Made by a program: the position numbers and the translations under genes
Shown here: in pieces, positions 60,926 through 64,000 of the stretch
How positions within the stretch are numbered: position 1 is the stretch's first letter
Layout: each line of letters starts with the position of its first letter
Assembly (NCBI GenBank): GCA_050633245.1
Contig: JBOEGD010000020.1
Span: forward strand, 205,710 to 269,709
Reading direction: 5' to 3'
Length of the DNA: 64,000 nucleotides
Origin: Calditrichia bacterium
Lineage (GTDB): Bacteria > Calditrichota > Calditrichia > RBG-13-44-9 > J075
Notes under the pieces: model-generated
What the model was told of the DNA's origin: nothing
What the model saw: only the letters and a program-made list of their open reading frames with translations
The model's database searches: none

Positions 60926-60950
60926 GTATGAATACAGGAAGGAGTACGCT

Positions 60951-62084
60951 ATGGATTTGCAGAGTATTGTTAAGTCACTTGCCCACGTAAAACCCAACGG
61001 GCGCCCTTATGTCAGCCTTTATTTGAACCTTGAAACAGATGTGGTCTCCCGCAAGGAAAGTGAACGGTTTTTGATTGAACGATATCAGCGTTTGGTAAAA
61101 GGTGACTTACAAACGATTCCCTTTGGTCATGAAGCAAATGAAATATGGCATAAAATTGAAAATTATTTAGCGGAAGAAAGAAGCAGTGGAACACGTGGCG
61201 TGGCAATTTTTGCACGATATGAAGAAGAGGGAAAACTGAACTTTCTAACACATGAATTTCCACTTCCGTTTGATAATAAACTGGTAGTCGATAGTGTTCC
61301 ACATATTTTTCCGCTGGTTTATTTGCTCGATGTGTCGTATCACTATCTTGTGTTGATTTCTGACTCGGAAAAAGCCAAGATTTTTGAGATTCGTTTTGGT
61401 CAAATTGAAGACATTGAATTGATTTCTGATGCCGAAAGCGAAAAGAGCTTTCGCGGAGAGTGGACGCAGCTTCATTATCAGAACTGGAAGAATGATAAGG
61501 TGAAGCGGTTTGTTAAGTCCAAAATAGATATAGTGGAAAAGTTGATGACCGAGCGTGATATTAAACATTTGATTATGGCCGGTGACGAGCGGATTGTTGC
61601 TGAGATAAAAGGGCAGTTACCACCAGCGCTTGTTGAGAAGGTTGTAGACTTCTCACGAATGCACATTCGATCTAACCCTGAACTGGTGCTTCACAAAACA
61701 CTGGAAGAGTTTGCTCGATATGAACGTGCAGCCGAGACCGGAGTGGTCGATAGCTTACAGTATCAAGTTGCCCGTGATGGCCTAGGGGTTGTTGGAAGCG
61801 AAAAAACAATAGAAGCCCTGAATATGGGCAAAGTTGACACCCTGCTTGTGTCACTCGATTTTGATGCACCGGGCGGCTGGCGCTGCGAAGCATGTGGCCA
61901 CTTAACAATGGCAATTCTTCGCCAGTCTTGCCTCGCTTGTAAAAGTGATGATGTATTTCATGTCGATCTGAAGGACGACATTGTAAGACGCGCAGCGCAG
62001 ATTGGCGCGACAATTGAGACGGTAACTGATAATTCCTGGCTTGATAAACATGAAGGAATTGGCGCGCTTCTGCGATTCCGATAA
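60951..62084 (+). CDS. Bacterial aeRF1-like release factor homolog (baeRF10/Vms1-like) with zinc ribbon
   Basis: YVSLYL, RGVAIFA, RGEWTQLHYQ loop, eRF1 domain-3-like ALNMGKVDTLLV, CEACG...CLAC, GIGALLRF; AGGAG RBS. Confidence 0.8.
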   Translation: MDLQSIVKSLAHVKPNGRPYVSLYLNLETDVVSRKESERFLIERYQRLVKGDLQTIPFGHEANEIWHKIENYLAEERSSGTRGVAIFARYEEEGKLNFLTHEFPLPFDNKLVVDSVPHIFPLVYLLDVSYHYLVLISDSEKAKIFEIRFGQIEDIELISDAESEKSFRGEWTQLHYQNWKNDKVKRFVKSKIDIVEKLMTERDIKHLIMAGDERIVAEIKGQLPPALVEKVVDFSRMHIRSNPELVLHKTLEEFARYERAAETGVVDSLQYQVARDGLGVVGSEKTIEALNMGKVDTLLVSLDFDAPGGWRCEACGHLTMAILRQSCLACKSDDVFHVDLKDDIVRRAAQIGATIETVTDNSWLDKHEGIGALLRFR

Positions 62085-62109
62085 AAACGGTTACGAACAT
62101 GGGGATTTT

Positions 62110-63420
62110 ATGAAGAAGAATATTAAACCGGAAAAAAGTGTCGTGGATGGACTCTTGCGACCGATCCAGTCTTTTATAAAGCTGGAGGCCTCCGGAGGGA
62201 TTGTTCTGTTAATAGCTGCGATTGTTGCCTTGGTTTGGGCGAATTCTCCGCTAAAAGACATTTATTCTGCCATCTGGGAAATGCCGGTCGTGCTCGGCTT
62301 TGGCGGGTTGGTTATTGACAAACCACTACTTTTATGGATTAATGACGGTTTGATGGCGATCTTTTTCTTTGTCATCGGGCTGGAAATAAAGCGCGAAATA
62401 CTTTTTGGTGAACTCTCCTCACCAAAGCAGGCTATTCTGCCAATTGCGGCTGCAATTGGCGGAATGGTACTGCCTGCACTTGTTTATCTTGCCGTAACTC
62501 ACGGAACGCCGGCAGCTGCCGGTTGGGGTATTCCAATGGCAACAGACATTGCTTTTGCGCTTGGTGTACTGGCTCTTCTGGGAAGTCGCGTGCCGTTTGC
62601 GCTAAAAATATTCCTAACCGCTTTGGCAATCGTCGATGACCTGGGAGCTATTCTGGTTATTGCTTTGTTCTATACGGCTGAGGTGTACTGGAGCATGCTT
62701 ATTCTTGGTGGTGTGTTGCTCGTCGTGCTGATGGTGCTCAATATTTCCGGGGTTCGCTCATTGGTACCTTATCTCGCAATTGGATTTGTTATCTGGATTG
62801 CCTTCCTGAAATCCGGTGTTCATGCGACTATTGCCGGAGTGTTGATAGCGATGACAATTCCTGCACGTCCGTTATTGAGCTTCTCAGAGTTTCAACTGAA
62901 TATGACCGACCTGACCGATGCGCTGAGATCAAATGTGGGCGTTGATAATCAGGAAAAATTTATCCATGAGGTCGAAGAACAAGCTCATGATGTTGGAACA
63001 CCATTGCACCGCCTGGAACATAGTTTACACGCCTGGGTTGCGTTTTTTATCATCCCGGTTTTTGCGCTTGCCAATGCAGGTGTAACAATAGAAGGTGATT
63101 TTATGGGTGCGGTTACGAGTCCGGTGAGTATTGGTATTATTCTGGGGCTGGTTGTTGGTAAGCAACTTGGAATTTTCTCGTGCTGCTGGCTGGCAGTTAA
63201 AAGCGGTCTGACGGAGCTCCCTGCTGGCGTTACCTGGCGCCATATTTATGGCGTTAGTGCATTAGCTGGAATTGGATTTACGATGTCATTATTTATTGCC
63301 ATGCTGGGATTTGGAGAGTCGGAGCTGTTGACGTTCTCGAAAGTCGGAATTTTAATCGCATCGCTTCTTTCCGGTATTTTTGGCTGGATTATGTTAAGTG
63401 GAGGTAAGGCAAAATCATAA
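62110..63420 (+). CDS. nhaA: Na+/H+ antiporter NhaA
   Basis: WINDGLMAIFF, GLEIKRE, GWGIPMATDIAF, LAIVDDLGA, SGVHATIAG, GIGFTMSLF. Confidence 0.96.
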   Translation: MKKNIKPEKSVVDGLLRPIQSFIKLEASGGIVLLIAAIVALVWANSPLKDIYSAIWEMPVVLGFGGLVIDKPLLLWINDGLMAIFFFVIGLEIKREILFGELSSPKQAILPIAAAIGGMVLPALVYLAVTHGTPAAAGWGIPMATDIAFALGVLALLGSRVPFALKIFLTALAIVDDLGAILVIALFYTAEVYWSMLILGGVLLVVLMVLNISGVRSLVPYLAIGFVIWIAFLKSGVHATIAGVLIAMTIPARPLLSFSEFQLNMTDLTDALRSNVGVDNQEKFIHEVEEQAHDVGTPLHRLEHSLHAWVAFFIIPVFALANAGVTIEGDFMGAVTSPVSIGIILGLVVGKQLGIFSCCWLAVKSGLTELPAGVTWRHIYGVSALAGIGFTMSLFIAMLGFGESELLTFSKVGILIASLLSGIFGWIMLSGGKAKS

Positions 63421-63482
63421 GTTGATTTTCTGCTGCTGAAGAAATTCAGTTGTAACTATAACCCACTAAAAGCTACCTTGCT

Positions 63483-63517
63483 CTCCCCGAACGTATCTAA
63501 CCCAAACGTTCGGGGAG
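63483..63517. terminator. Hairpin between convergent nhaA and rhodanese genes
   Basis: CTCCCCGAACGT / ACGTTCGGGGAG 12-bp inverted repeat. Confidence 0.6.
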
Positions 63518-63543
63518 TTGTCTTTATAAGCCTTTCCAACTGC

Positions 63544-63960
63544 TCATTGACCATTCCGCACAACCGGATTCCGTTCAACGTCTTCCCATGTTACCATTCC
63601 GCCAATCATAATTTTTACCGGTCTGCCCAATTTACTGAGACGTAAAGCTGCTTTATCCGCACCATTACAACCCGGACCTGTACAGTATACGATAAACAGG
63701 GTGTCTTCCGGATATTCAGACATGCGTTCTTCGGTCATCGTTCCATGAGGAATATTCACTGCGCCAAGTGCATGACAGGTTTTGTATAGCTGCGGACTAC
63801 GCACATCAACTAATACAAACTTTTCAACGCCATTCCGCATATCATAATTCACGTCCCAACAGTCTGCCTCGAAAGTGAGCTTTTTGCTGAAGTGGGCTAC
63901 TGCTGCACTACTCTCTGCTGCTGGTACGACCGTTACCTGGGGTTTTGCTTTTACTTTCAT
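63544..63960 (-). CDS. Rhodanese-like domain protein
   Basis: LVDVRS, GAVNIP, VYCTGPGCNGA, MIGGMVTW; AAGGAG RBS. Confidence 0.9.
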   Translation of the reverse strand: MKVKAKPQVTVVPAAESSAAVAHFSKKLTFEADCWDVNYDMRNGVEKFVLVDVRSPQLYKTCHALGAVNIPHGTMTEERMSEYPEDTLFIVYCTGPGCNGADKAALRLSKLGRPVKIMIGGMVTWEDVERNPVVRNGQ

Positions 63961-64000
63961 GGTGGCTCCTTTGTGAAAAAAGTGAAAAGTGCAAAGTGAA

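Noticed and set aside
60709-60950. Known riboswitch (nhaA-I/II, DUF1646, c-di-AMP, c-di-GMP, T-box, fluoride)
   Set aside because: I could not see their conserved sequence signatures by eye; an Rfam scan is needed to exclude them formally.

Overview
Gene-dense chromosomal window of moderate GC from a Gram-negative bacterium, probably Calditrichota or a related FCB-type lineage. This is inferred from secreted proteins ending in QNYPNPFNP-type sorting tails, a TonB receptor + DUF4249 pair, and propeller/Y_Y_Y sensor kinases. It opens with a housekeeping block (glyQS partial, recO, mgtE, rsmA). The rest is transport, envelope and signalling genes: AbgT, ABC exporter, two TonB receptors, GlpQ, NhaC/NhaA, MscS, two large sensor kinases, a LuxR-type regulator, an adenylate cyclase-FHA, REC-GGDEF-EAL, and an ECF sigma/anti-sigma pair with VIT/VWA proteins. 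I found no rRNA, tRNA, CRISPR, transposase or prophage. The most unusual signals are mostly non-coding: (1) a ~200-nt multi-hairpin leader with a strong terminator between a DUF2294/MpsC gene and a release-factor-like gene + nhaA, a candidate new attenuator or riboswitch; (2) an array of GTAG-tagged DNA mini-hairpins with an inverted tail (58122-58440); (3) an intact but apparently catalytically dead, half-module NRPS fragment with its own RBS; (4) several sigma28-like promoters, one driving a candidate ~105-nt sRNA; (5) readable sigma54/UAS, Pho-box and LuxR-type operator sites. All calls come from reading the sequence; no database searches were run.
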